Shown piece after piece: positions 10,979 to 19,594 of a stretch of DNA of 64,000 nt (position 1 is the first letter of the stretch; each line of letters begins with the position of its first letter). This stretch comes from Methanotrichaceae archaeon. GTDB taxonomy: Archaea > Halobacteriota > Methanosarcinia > Methanotrichales > Methanotrichaceae. Under the pieces are notes generated by a model. That model searched no databases. It was not told the origin of the DNA and worked only from the letters and a program-made list of their open reading frames with translations. The stretch covers positions 1-64,000 of the forward strand of contig CAVWIG010000039.1 of NCBI GenBank assembly GCA_963754945.1, read 5' to 3'. Made by a program: the position numbers and the translations under genes.

Positions 10979-11536
10979 GTGAGGAAAATTCATCGATTGT
11001 CTTTATTGCTGATATTAGTCCCGGCTTTGATGTTCATCGAATCAGCCATGCTTGCCGGGGTGAGATGCGATGATTGGCCAGGCGATCCTATCCAGGCCGC
11101 GTCGGATGAAGCCGGATGGAGATCTGACATCTATTATTTCATGAATTATGATAATTGCAATAATGTCAACTCGGTCTGTGTAGCCAACAACCCCACCTTC
11201 GTATCTAACCAAACAATTGGTAATGGCACTACGAATTATCCGCTTGCAAGCGCCAACAAGCTCTATTTGGCAGGTTCCTACGAACAGGCCGCAGAATCAT
11301 ATGCCAAAGCAGTTAACCTTGAACCATCTCTATCAGAGGGTTGGCTCAATCTGGGAAACTCCCTGTACTATCTGGGTAAATATCAGGCTTCACTGAATGC
11401 CTATGATGCTTTACTGAAGCTTAAACCCCAGAATACAGATGCTTTAGCTGGCAAGAGCCTGGCACTCTTGGCTCTGAACAAAACTAGTGGATCTAATATA
11501 TCCGCCATTACGCCCAGCACGGTGCAAGGACCCTAA
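10979..11536 (+). CDS. Secreted TPR protein, paralog of 22992..23612
   Basis: GGAGG RBS, signal peptide, GSYEQAAESYAKAV..SEGWLNLGNSLYYLG. Confidence 0.85.
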   Translation: MRKIHRLSLLLILVPALMFIESAMLAGVRCDDWPGDPIQAASDEAGWRSDIYYFMNYDNCNNVNSVCVANNPTFVSNQTIGNGTTNYPLASANKLYLAGSYEQAAESYAKAVNLEPSLSEGWLNLGNSLYYLGKYQASLNAYDALLKLKPQNTDALAGKSLALLALNKTSGSNISAITPSTVQGP

Positions 11537-11662
11537 CTTGCGAATCTTGGCTCACCAAAATACAAGTGAAGGAAAGATCGGCGAACCAGTGATAGTGGGA
11601 ACTATCCTTCCTATGCATATGTTGAATCCTCTATCGAGGAAGAGGCATACACAATATGAGAG

Positions 11663-12040
11663 GTGTGGATGAAGATGAATGCTAAAGGTCTTGCAACAAC
11701 TACACTGGCAGTATTGCTCCTATGGTGGATAGTCGCTTCAGCAGCAGATGTGGGTCCATCTACCGTTCCCGATAACACTATCTACGGCCATATCTTTGAT
11801 GCCCAGACAAAGAAGCCTTTACCATCCGCATTATTATATTGTCTGACTTGCGCTCCGAGTATGACAGATAGCAAAGGTTACTATGAATTTGGGCGATTCT
11901 TCTCTGCATTGACAACTTATACTATCGATTGCCATAAGGAAGGATATCGAACATTTAGCAGAACAGTTACCACGGGCCTACAAGGCAAAGCCGAAGTCGA
12001 CTTTTACCTTCAGCCTGAGACGAAACCCAACCCAGAGTAG
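11663..12040 (+). CDS. Secreted carboxypeptidase-regulatory-like (transthyretin-fold) domain protein
   Basis: IYGHIFDAQTKKPLPSA..TDSKGYYEF..KEGY..VDFYLQP pattern. Confidence 0.75.
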   Translation: MWMKMNAKGLATTTLAVLLLWWIVASAADVGPSTVPDNTIYGHIFDAQTKKPLPSALLYCLTCAPSMTDSKGYYEFGRFFSALTTYTIDCHKEGYRTFSRTVTTGLQGKAEVDFYLQPETKPNPE

Positions 12041-12349
12041 CCTTCAGTACCTCTGGATTACTGATTTGGATTTATTATGGCGAGATCGTTAGCTAGAACA
12101 GTGCATCTTATAGAAGCTGTTAGTGGCAATACCTAAAAAATACTGAGCTTTGAGGGAAGCTGCCTAAAATACGGTCACCAATCAAAGCTCTTCAAGCGTC
12201 TCGATGCCGACCTTCTTGACAATGGGCTTCCAGATCTTTGCAGGCATTCTCGCCAACCTCTAACGGTCAGGATCGGCCGTGATTGGACCTCCCCGGCCTT
12301 CCAGCACTATCTATATACCTTCAGATTCCGATTCACAGTTGGTGATCCA

Positions 12350-13063
12350 TTGAGACGAATACGCTTGGTAATAACGCTGCTATGTTGTGTGACTCTCTGT
12401 TTCGGTGTTACAGCTGTAAATACGCCGGTTAAAATAGGGATAAACGAGGTACAATCCGGTTTAGTGGGTGTCAATGCACCTATCGCAAATAATGCCCCGG
12501 CTGCAAATCCGCCAGCAAAAGCCGCAGTCGCTCCGTCACAAGTCCCGCAGGAAAACGTTATTGTATTGGAACAAGATAGCGGGACGAACCTGACAAAAAT
12601 GAATATCACGTTTACAATTTCACCCACTTACGGTTCGGCACAGGCAGTAAGGTTCACTCCGCCAAAGTCCGGCTGGAATCTGGAAAATATCTTAGTAATG
12701 GCCACCGATAACTGGAATGCGACCAGCAAAGAGCAGCCTAAACCGTTGCCTTTTACAATCGAGATCCGCGATGCTAACCTTACGCTGCTTTACCATTATG
12801 AAGGGATTCAGTTGCCATACTTCACCAATAGCAACGGGGTAAGAATGGCGGCTATAGATGTGCCTCTCATGTCCATGAAGGGAGACTTCTTCGTTTGTTT
12901 CTATGGCTATGGGTCCATTTCACTCGCAGCCGAACTACAGAATGCTACGGGAAACTCCTATTACTACGATGAACGGGCAGCTCAGCTATATCGCGGTGTG
13001 GTGCCATTGAGAAACAATCAGACTACTACTGTGAACTGGCTCATAAGAGTCGCAGGACAATAA
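12350..13063 (+). CDS. Secreted hypothetical protein
   Basis: Signal peptide, Ala/Pro linker, beta-rich domain (AQAVRFTPP...NWLIRVAG). Confidence 0.75.
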   Translation: MRRIRLVITLLCCVTLCFGVTAVNTPVKIGINEVQSGLVGVNAPIANNAPAANPPAKAAVAPSQVPQENVIVLEQDSGTNLTKMNITFTISPTYGSAQAVRFTPPKSGWNLENILVMATDNWNATSKEQPKPLPFTIEIRDANLTLLYHYEGIQLPYFTNSNGVRMAAIDVPLMSMKGDFFVCFYGYGSISLAAELQNATGNSYYYDERAAQLYRGVVPLRNNQTTTVNWLIRVAGQ

Positions 13064-13387
13064 GCACCCTTGGAACATAAAAGATGTAGCCGTCACTAAG
13101 GCCGAAAACGCTATTGGTTGAAGCTCAAATTGCAGACCTAAGTAGTATGAGGTCGCAGCTTGGGCTTCCAAGTTTACACCGGCTGGGGTTTTCCCCAGGA
13201 CCGTCCTGAGAAAGGCATGGATTTCTCCGAGTTGTTCGATGCGGGATAGTTGCCGCACACTATCCACGATATCCCAGCTCTTGTCCTTAGCGATGGCGTA
13301 TCGTGTGCGTAGGTCCATCTTCGAGCATATTACGCAAAAAAGATTTGAGTATACTAAAATTCAGTGCAAAAAGTAAACTCGATAAGG

Positions 13388-13840
13388 TTATAGTTTCTGA
13401 CTCTTAACTCCACCAAGCGAGACAGTTGCGCCACTCCTAACTCCGCCAAGGTTGACAATTGCACCACTGGTGACTTTGGCAGCATTATAAATCCCACAGG
13501 AGGATATCAAATTACACTGAAATTCCCATAGCGGCAGCGAAGTGTTAGCACCATTATTAACTGTGCCAACAGGATAAACGCTAGCTCCATATCCGCCAAC
13601 AGAATAAGCTTTAGCACCATTATTGGTTGTGCCAACAGGATAAACGTTAGCACCATATTCACCAACAGGATAAACGCTAGCACCATTATTGATTATTCCA
13701 AGTGGAGCTGCCCCAATGTTTCCTTTAATTCCAATCCCGCTAGACGACTGCCCGATTGCATACGAACAACAAATCAATATCATGATCAAAACCATGAATA
13801 TCGTTTTCGCCTGTTTCATGATTTCACTTCCCTCCTTCAA
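13388..13840 (-). CDS. Secreted Gly-rich repeat protein
   Basis: Signal peptide; repeats GA(S/N)VYPVG and A(I/T)V(N/S)LGGV. Confidence 0.7.
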   Translation of the reverse strand: MKEGSEIMKQAKTIFMVLIMILICCSYAIGQSSSGIGIKGNIGAAPLGIINNGASVYPVGEYGANVYPVGTTNNGAKAYSVGGYGASVYPVGTVNNGANTSLPLWEFQCNLISSCGIYNAAKVTSGAIVNLGGVRSGATVSLGGVKSQKL

Positions 13841-13967
13841 GAATTATTCTCTTAGATTCACTGACAATATAAAAGAGTTCTGGCGAGATCGATGCCAAAT
13901 CCCTGATAAGTCTATGAAGCCAGAGGCACAATCCATTTGGTGGCCATTGTTTTCCTACTGGCTGTTC

Positions 13968-14168
13968 GCTTCAAAGATTCCGCCGTAGCCCCTCAGCGCC
14001 TCCATCATGCTCTTGGCCACAGGCTTCTTTTGGCCTCTCCTCTTTCACATCTAAGATGAAAGGAGAGGTTGCGCAGGTGAAATCAGGGCCTCTATCCTTT
14101 CCTTGTAGCCGTCATTATATTCTCTGAGGTCTAAGTCCTTCGTCATCTTGTCCGCAATCATGGTCATT
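13968..14168 (-). pseudogene. Relic of a Ku protein C-terminus with an internal micro-inversion
   Basis: DKMTKDLDLREYNDGYKERIEALI...KKPVAKSMMEALR..AESLK; SKMKGEVAQVK segment lies on the opposite strand. Confidence 0.65.
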
Positions 14169-14427
14169 TAGAGGATTATGAGTATCCTCCAAAGATCAAT
14201 CTTTGGTCTTAATTTTCATATAAAACCCACATGATTCGGTGACTCATACATGGAGAATGAAAATCGATATCGTGCGTGACATTTTCATGGGAAAATGATA
14301 TCAACAAACGCATTACCTTCGCCTCGCACCCAGATCGCCCTTTAATCCGTCGTTCATCCAGCTCATAATATGAACTTCGATCTACTCCCTTCCGTCTCCT
14401 CCGGCCCAGGTCCTTCAATGCCCTGAT

Positions 14428-14515
14428 GATTCAAGTTCAGCCCTATCCTATTTATTTGTTGGTATTAATATAGCATATGCAATATAAGAAGATTCTGCCA
14501 AGTGCGTAAGTCCTA
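14428..14515 (-). mobile_element. Isolated ~88-bp IS701-family end, same element as 1-790
   Basis: Near-identical to 702-789 (GATTCAAGTTCAGCCCTATCC...GTGCGTAAGTCCTA). Confidence 0.9.
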
Positions 14516-14768
14516 CTACATTGAGTTTTGTTTCTTTCATTGCTGACCCTATTATCTTTGCGCGATCAAAAGAAGGTAACAATCCAGTAGGGTGACCGGC
14601 CAGCCTAAGCATTCTTAGGATTGGGCTTAAGGACCCAAACTATTGCGCTCTTCGGAATACGACTGTGGTTGGACTGTGGATGGTCTCTGTTGGGCTAAGG
14701 TGCAGCTCAGGAATTAACAAGGAATTGGGAAACCCTTATATGTTATCTCTGCATGAGTGGTTTCGCCT

Positions 14769-14836
14769 GGGGCCATAGGGTAGCCTGGTATCCTACGAGA
14801 CTGGGGGTCTTGCTATCGGTGATTTGAACGCCGATA
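14769..14836 (+). pseudogene. Disrupted tRNA-Pro(GGG): intact 5' acceptor strand, D and anticodon arms; T-loop inverted; 3' acceptor strand missing
   Basis: GGGGCCATAGGGTAGCCTGGTATCCTA-CGAGA-CTGGGGG-TCTTG, then CGGTG-ATTTGAA-CGCCG; no TGGCCCC follows; TATA-like CTTATA about 30 bp upstream. Confidence 0.85.
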
Positions 14837-14932
14837 CCGAATTCGCTAAGACCGCCACTTTCCAAAGGCTATGTTTTAACGATTACATATAAAAATCTTG
14901 TTGATAAGAAAACACAATCTTGTAGGGCTCAT

Positions 14933-15766
14933 TCAAGTGTACGATAAGATGTCTTTCACTATTCGCCCAATCGGTGAGGTCGCCGTATAGTCTTCAATCG
15001 GAAAGTTGAGCTTGGGTTTAGCCGCATCTATACCTAGGTATTTGATGGCACCTCTGTCAACAGCTCGAGCTGCTTCCACTTGGTCATCGAAGTTTCCTAG
15101 ATAAATCAAATGATAGTTGACTCTAATCCCAGCAATCCATTTTTTATCCCTACGGCTCCAAGATACATCATAGAACCGACTTGTTTTTTGCTTCATTTTG
15201 CGAAGCAATTTCTCCTCTGGTTTTACTTGTTGTGGAAGTTGGACAGTTGTTGCCGGAACAATGCCCCACGGAAAGTTTAGTCGAGCGAATTCTCCATCGT
15301 ATTCTATCGAAGCACTATCATACGCGAAAGCAGCCTCTATCTCATCGTCGAAATACTCGGAATGAACACACTGCCCGTTGAACCATTTCTGCACTTTCCA
15401 TTTTTGTTTTTCGCAACTCCATGCGACACCCTTGTACTCGCTCGACGATTGAATACCTTTGCGCACGCATTTCTTTTTTGAATTTACGCTCTGTTGCCGA
15501 TCATCCGCGAGTCGTAGGCTCGACCTTCTGTTGTCTAACGTGTCGCCGTTGATGTGGTCAACCTCTTCGCCGGGTAATAGCTGACGACCGAGCTTGCGCT
15601 CTATGATGACCCTGTGCATTTGTATTACCCTATTCTTCTGCCCAACAAAGCGCACAGAGCGCTCTGCATAGCCCTCACCGTAGTACCACTTCCTCTCCGC
15701 TAGTTCGGCATCTTCGTCATCGATTAATGTGGTCTTCCCTTGGGTGAGCGTAACTTCGATTGCCAT
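14933..15766 (-). CDS. HNH endonuclease with two C-terminal AP2 DNA-binding domains (phage-type)
   Basis: MHRVI..EVDHINGDTLDNRRSSLR; AP2-1 YKGVAW..W..FDDEIEAAFAYD..LNFP; AP2-2 VSWSRRDKKWIAGI..YLGNFDDQVEAARAVD..LNFP. Confidence 0.9.
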   Translation of the reverse strand: MAIEVTLTQGKTTLIDDEDAELAERKWYYGEGYAERSVRFVGQKNRVIQMHRVIIERKLGRQLLPGEEVDHINGDTLDNRRSSLRLADDRQQSVNSKKKCVRKGIQSSSEYKGVAWSCEKQKWKVQKWFNGQCVHSEYFDDEIEAAFAYDSASIEYDGEFARLNFPWGIVPATTVQLPQQVKPEEKLLRKMKQKTSRFYDVSWSRRDKKWIAGIRVNYHLIYLGNFDDQVEAARAVDRGAIKYLGIDAAKPKLNFPIEDYTATSPIGRIVKDILSYT

Positions 15767-15819
15767 GTGAGATATCTATATATTACCGATCTATTTTTTA
15801 AAAAGGTTGTGACGGCGTG

Positions 15820-15990
15820 TTACGCACCTTTCGCCATGCCTTCTTGAAAAGCCTGCTGATCTTCGTCTCTTGCCCAAGCCGTGCGCTTCAGGTACTCCAG
15901 TTTTGTTATATGTCCTCTTTGGTACTCCGCGTTCCAGTAGCACCAACAGGCAGCGGCTGCACCATCAGTCAGCTTTTTTCCCTCAACCAT
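15820..15990 (-). CDS. Small hypothetical protein (56 aa) of the putative integrated element
   Basis: ATG overlaps the end of the upstream ORF; co-directional with RHH and HNH genes. Confidence 0.5.
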   Translation of the reverse strand: MVEGKKLTDGAAAACWCYWNAEYQRGHITKLEYLKRTAWARDEDQQAFQEGMAKGA

Positions 15991-16192
15991 CCTTCTTGAT
16001 CTCCGCTGCCTTCTCTGCTGCATCGATCTTCGCTGTTTGTATATCGAACCAGCGCATCACCTCGTTGCAAAGTGCGTCGACGTTCAGCTCTCCCTCTCCG
16101 CCCACAAAGCTTGCGGAGTCGAGAGTAAGCTGGATCGGCTTCCTGCCTTTATAGTACAACTCGTTTTTTGCTATGTCCGACATTATGCTCAT
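15983..16192 (-). CDS. Small hypothetical protein (69 aa) of the putative integrated element
   Basis: Starts about 10 bp after the reconstituted RHH stop codon. Confidence 0.55.
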   Translation of the reverse strand: MSIMSDIAKNELYYKGRKPIQLTLDSASFVGGEGELNVDALCNEVMRWFDIQTAKIDAAEKAAEIKKDG

Positions 16193-16257
16193 GATTGGTA
16201 TCCTATTCTTTTTTCGCTTTGTCTTCTTTCATTAGTTGCGTTAATGCGTATACAATA

Positions 16258-17542
16258 GAGAGTTTCGAAAAACTAATCAATCGAAATACTTATATACTAT
16301 TAATACTATAATATAATGCATGAGGACTCTCATTGATTTTGCCATTCGAGCAGAATATGCTCGAGTAAAAGCCCTCGGAGATGATCTATCCGAGATCGGA
16401 TCGTTGATCAATTGGGAGCGTTTCAGATTTTTGGAACCATTGATATACAAAAATAAAACTAGCCGCGGAGGTCGTCCGAACATTGACATCGTGATTATGG
16501 TGAAAGCTCTCGTAATTCAGCATTGGTTTGGTCTAACAGATCCAGAACTGGAGCGACAGGTTGCGGATAGGATCTCTTTTCGTATTTTCCTTGGCACCAC
16601 TGAAGTAATTCCTGATTTCAGCACAGTTTGGCTATTCCGTGAACGTTTGATTAAGTGCGACGTATACGATGATCTTTGGAATGAGCTTCAAAGGCAGCTC
16701 GATGAGATGGGGTTTACTGTAAAGAATGGCACTATCCAGGATGCAACCTTCATAACTTCGGACCCAGGTCGGAAGAGGAACAAGAAAGACGAGCAAGGCG
16801 GGGACAAAAAGGAAGGTCAAGATTCCGAAGCCACCAGTACGAGCCTGAATCAGGAGTTTGATAAAGAGCTAATTGGTATTTCAAATAATATTATTGATGA
16901 CAAGGCCAAACCACAGAGACTCGAAGAAGAGCCAATAAATGAGGGAAGTTGGGCAAAAAAGGGTGTCAAATCCTTTTTCGGATATAAAGGTCATATCTCA
17001 ATCGATACCAATTACCACCTTATCAGATATTTTGAGACTACAACTGCTTCTGTACACGATAGTCAGGTAGATCTTGGAATTGAAGGGCTACCACGTTACG
17101 CCGATAAGGGATATGATGGTGCAAAAACTCGAGGATATGATGCAGCCATGAAAAAAGCTACAAGAGGTCACAAGCTTGGAATCATAGATCTTCTGAGGAA
17201 TAAGAGAATCAGTAAAACGCGATCGCACATCGAAAGATGCTTCGCTGTTATGAAGCGGGGGCATAAGGGAGCACATGTTTATGTAACAACTGTCGCAAGA
17301 GCTGGAGTAAAATTCATGATGAATTCGGTCGTTTACAACCTGGAACAGTTGAAATATTTAGTGCATAAACAAACAGCCTAGCGGAAGCTCTCTAAAAAAG
17401 CGCAAAAATTAGAAACAACAAGGTAAATTGAAATCTAATAAGCCAATTTAGGGGTGAAATATGCTAAAAAACCACTATAAAGATTGAAAATATTAACGCA
17501 AGAATTTAAGGCTTCATTAACCAACACTAAATCGAAACCCTC
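16258..17542 (+). mobile_element. IS5-family insertion sequence
   Basis: TIRs GAGAGTTTCGA / TCGAAACCCTC; 4-bp TSD AATA (16254-16257, 17543-17546). Confidence 0.92.
16320..17381 (+). CDS. IS5-family transposase
   Basis: GGRP, DRISFRIFLG..PDFST, IQDAT, FGYKGH, YADKGY, IERCFAVMKR. Confidence 0.95.
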   Translation: MRTLIDFAIRAEYARVKALGDDLSEIGSLINWERFRFLEPLIYKNKTSRGGRPNIDIVIMVKALVIQHWFGLTDPELERQVADRISFRIFLGTTEVIPDFSTVWLFRERLIKCDVYDDLWNELQRQLDEMGFTVKNGTIQDATFITSDPGRKRNKKDEQGGDKKEGQDSEATSTSLNQEFDKELIGISNNIIDDKAKPQRLEEEPINEGSWAKKGVKSFFGYKGHISIDTNYHLIRYFETTTASVHDSQVDLGIEGLPRYADKGYDGAKTRGYDAAMKKATRGHKLGIIDLLRNKRISKTRSHIERCFAVMKRGHKGAHVYVTTVARAGVKFMMNSVVYNLEQLKYLVHKQTA

Positions 17543-17695
17543 AATAGCGTGGCTGCGAGTGGCAAATCGATTGTCTGCTATTTCTTTGTCCATCCACGTT
17601 ATCTGGTCATCATCAAGCGTCACCGACACTTGGATTTTCTTTTTCTGGCTCATTATTGCATCTCTTTGCAGCCTATAGCATATAAGCTTTACCTG

Positions 17696-17736
17696 TTACA
17701 TATGTAATTATATGATAACATCATATAGGATGTTAT
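17696..17736. promoter_or_regulatory. Palindromic operator-like sites between the divergent RHH operon and small ORFs
   Basis: TTACATATGTAA (17696-17707) and ATAACATC-N6-GATGTTAT (17715-17736). Confidence 0.45.
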
Positions 17737-17872
17737 GACAATGAAATACCCCGTAGAACACGAAGGCAAGACCACCTTCGTGACAGTTCCAGAAGATGAT
17801 GAGCCAACAACGTGGGCAGGCGGCGGAAATGGTCCTGTTCTTCCCAGAGGACAAGCCGAAAAAAAGGAGTGA
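17735..17872 (+). CDS. Small hypothetical protein (45 aa, MTMKYPVEHEGKTTFVTVPEDD...)
   Basis: Manual translation; divergent from RHH; below the ORF-track cutoff. Confidence 0.45.
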   Translation: MTMKYPVEHEGKTTFVTVPEDDEPTTWAGGGNGPVLPRGQAEKKE

Positions 17873-17877
17873 TTAAC

Positions 17878-18187
17878 ATGGGCAGTCAGAACTTATTCTG
17901 ATGGTATCAGCCGAGATGCACACGTATACGGCGATAACGTATACTTCAGCGACGGTCAGGGCTGCGACACGATCTGGTTCACGACCGTTCCAGAGGCTAG
18001 AAAATTCCTTAAAAGGATCGTCTACAGGTACAGATTCGGAGGTCATGAAAGTGGCTTGTGTGGGTGCTGCCAATGCCATTTTTCCTACTCCGATAAGGAT
18101 AACTGGAACAAAACTAAACAGTATATGTGCGACTGTTGGAAGGAGAACATCAAGAAAGAAGTAGCGTTGGGCATGGCGGTGGTTTGA
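17878..18187 (+). pseudogene. Cys-rich ~100-aa protein with a probable 1-nt frameshift at codon 2
   Basis: RBS AGGAGTGA then ATGGGCAGTC; deleting one G opens MAVRTYSDG...LCGCCQCHF...YMCDCW...MAVV*. Confidence 0.45.
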
Positions 18188-18265
18188 GAATGACAGTAGA
18201 ATATATCAGTCCGGTTGAGACACGCTGGCATAAGCTTTTTTGATATACGATGCAAATAATTCTCT

Positions 18266-18808
18266 ATGACCCACTCAGATGATGCAAGAATTGCATGGGA
18301 CAGGAAGGAAGAGGGCGATGAACTTTTCGAGAAGGGAAATTTCGAAGGAGCCATCGAGTGCTATAGCAAAGCTCTAGGACTGTTTCCACGAGATCCGGAT
18401 CTCTGGAATGTGAAGGGTATGGCTCTAAGTAAGCTAAAGAGGTATGATGAGGCTATCAAGTCTTATGATGTAGCTATCGAGCATTATCCCAAGGAGACAA
18501 TTGTCTGGATCAACAAAGGTGTAGCTCTCAACAATGCGGGCAAGCAAATCGAAGCCATTAGATGTTTCGATATAGTGATAGATATCGATCCTCAAGACGC
18601 GGATGCATGGTGTCAGAAGGGCGTGTCTTTTGGTCTTTTAAAGTGGTTCGAAGAAGCATTAGAGTGTTTCGAGACTTCAATTGACATCAACTCTCACCAC
18701 GCAAGTGCCTGGTACAACAAGGGCATCACTCTCTTGAAGCTTAAACGTGATAACGAGGCTGGTGATGCATTAGAAAGGGCCAGGGAATTGGGCTTCAGCA
18801 AGTGTTAG
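18266..18808 (+). CDS. Tetratricopeptide repeat protein
   Basis: About five TPRs with W.(N/V)KG..L...A..C(Y/F) periodicity. Confidence 0.92.
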   Translation: MTHSDDARIAWDRKEEGDELFEKGNFEGAIECYSKALGLFPRDPDLWNVKGMALSKLKRYDEAIKSYDVAIEHYPKETIVWINKGVALNNAGKQIEAIRCFDIVIDIDPQDADAWCQKGVSFGLLKWFEEALECFETSIDINSHHASAWYNKGITLLKLKRDNEAGDALERARELGFSKC

Positions 18809-18815
18809 CTCGTGA

Positions 18816-19235
18816 GTGAATAGAGATATGGAGTCCAGCACCTTTGATGTAGTACCAAAACGTAAGCGCATCAATGTATTCAAGGTCGGCAAGCTTTGGC
18901 TTTTCAAGCAGTTCTTCGATAACCGTGCATTATTCGATGCGTTGCTGGACCATTACAACAAGGATCTGTACCGGTTCGAGTTCAAATCCACCGGCGCGAG
19001 AAACAACGCCCTCAAGCTCCTGGAACGGAACGACTTCGACTACGATCTGGTGGAGGACCTGAAGGGCTACGTGGTCAAGCTGCCCAAGTTCGCCAAGTAT
19101 GCACAGATCCTGAAGAACTCCGTGGCTTTTAAGGAGACAGCAACCGAGCGGATATTCCTGATGAAGGACCAGGCTGCGGTCGAGGAGGCGGTGGACTTGG
19201 GCGCTAAAATATTTGAAGGCGATGTAGCCTTCTGA
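18816..19235 (+). CDS. Hypothetical protein
   Basis: 139-aa ORF with coding-like codon usage; converges on the regulator gene. Confidence 0.75.
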   Translation: MNRDMESSTFDVVPKRKRINVFKVGKLWLFKQFFDNRALFDALLDHYNKDLYRFEFKSTGARNNALKLLERNDFDYDLVEDLKGYVVKLPKFAKYAQILKNSVAFKETATERIFLMKDQAAVEEAVDLGAKIFEGDVAF

Positions 19236-19237
19236 GG

Positions 19238-19594
19238 TTATGCAGAGCTTAACTCCTTCAGCCTCTGGATGGCCTGCATAGTCCTGGTGGCCTCGCTGTT
19301 TTTCTCCACTTCATAGTGCTGTATGATCTTCTCGATTGGTACTCGGAGCTTGTAGATTTTCATGGGCCGACCTTTTCCCTCGGCTTTAACTTCGCGTTCA
19401 TCGATCCAGTTGTTTTGGCGTAGTGTACGCATTGCTATGCTCACTTCTGGCTGCCTCAGGTTGGTTCCCGTCTCGATCTCCCTGGAGGTTGCCTCGTTCG
19501 TGTTTGCGAGATAAGTTATCAGCCCGGCCACATTTCTTGGTACATTTAGGCTTCTAAGTGCATCGATGAATTCCAGATCCTTTTCGTCCAGCAC
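19238..19594 (-). CDS. Winged-helix transcriptional regulator (ArsR-like, COG4738 type); 5' end possibly degenerate
   Basis: SREIE..LRQPEVSIAMRTL..KGKGRPMKIY. Confidence 0.85.
   Translation of the reverse strand: MLDEKDLEFIDALRSLNVPRNVAGLITYLANTNEATSREIETGTNLRQPEVSIAMRTLRQNNWIDEREVKAEGKGRPMKIYKLRVPIEKIIQHYEVEKNSEATRTMQAIQRLKELSSA

Larger units (their letters stand above)
16203..17653 (-). pseudogene. Ribbon-helix-helix (CopG-like) regulator interrupted by IS5
   Basis: Removing the IS and one AATA restores MSQKKKIQVSVTLDDDQITWMDKEIADNRFATRSHAIVYALTQLMKEDKAKKE*. Confidence 0.85.

Noticed and set aside
12986-13318. 110-aa minus-strand ORF
   Set aside because: Overlaps the 3' end of a better gene; unidentifiable fragment.
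14769-14836. Split (trans-spliced) or intron-containing tRNA-Pro
   Set aside because: No 3' half found in the window, no convincing bulge-helix-bulge, and the downstream sequence is better explained as an inverted T-loop; cannot be fully excluded without the rest of the genome.
17870-17872. In-frame TGA as selenocysteine or readthrough
   Set aside because: An RBS plus an ATG one base out of frame explains it more simply; no SECIS-like element recognised, and Methanosarcinales are not known Sec users.
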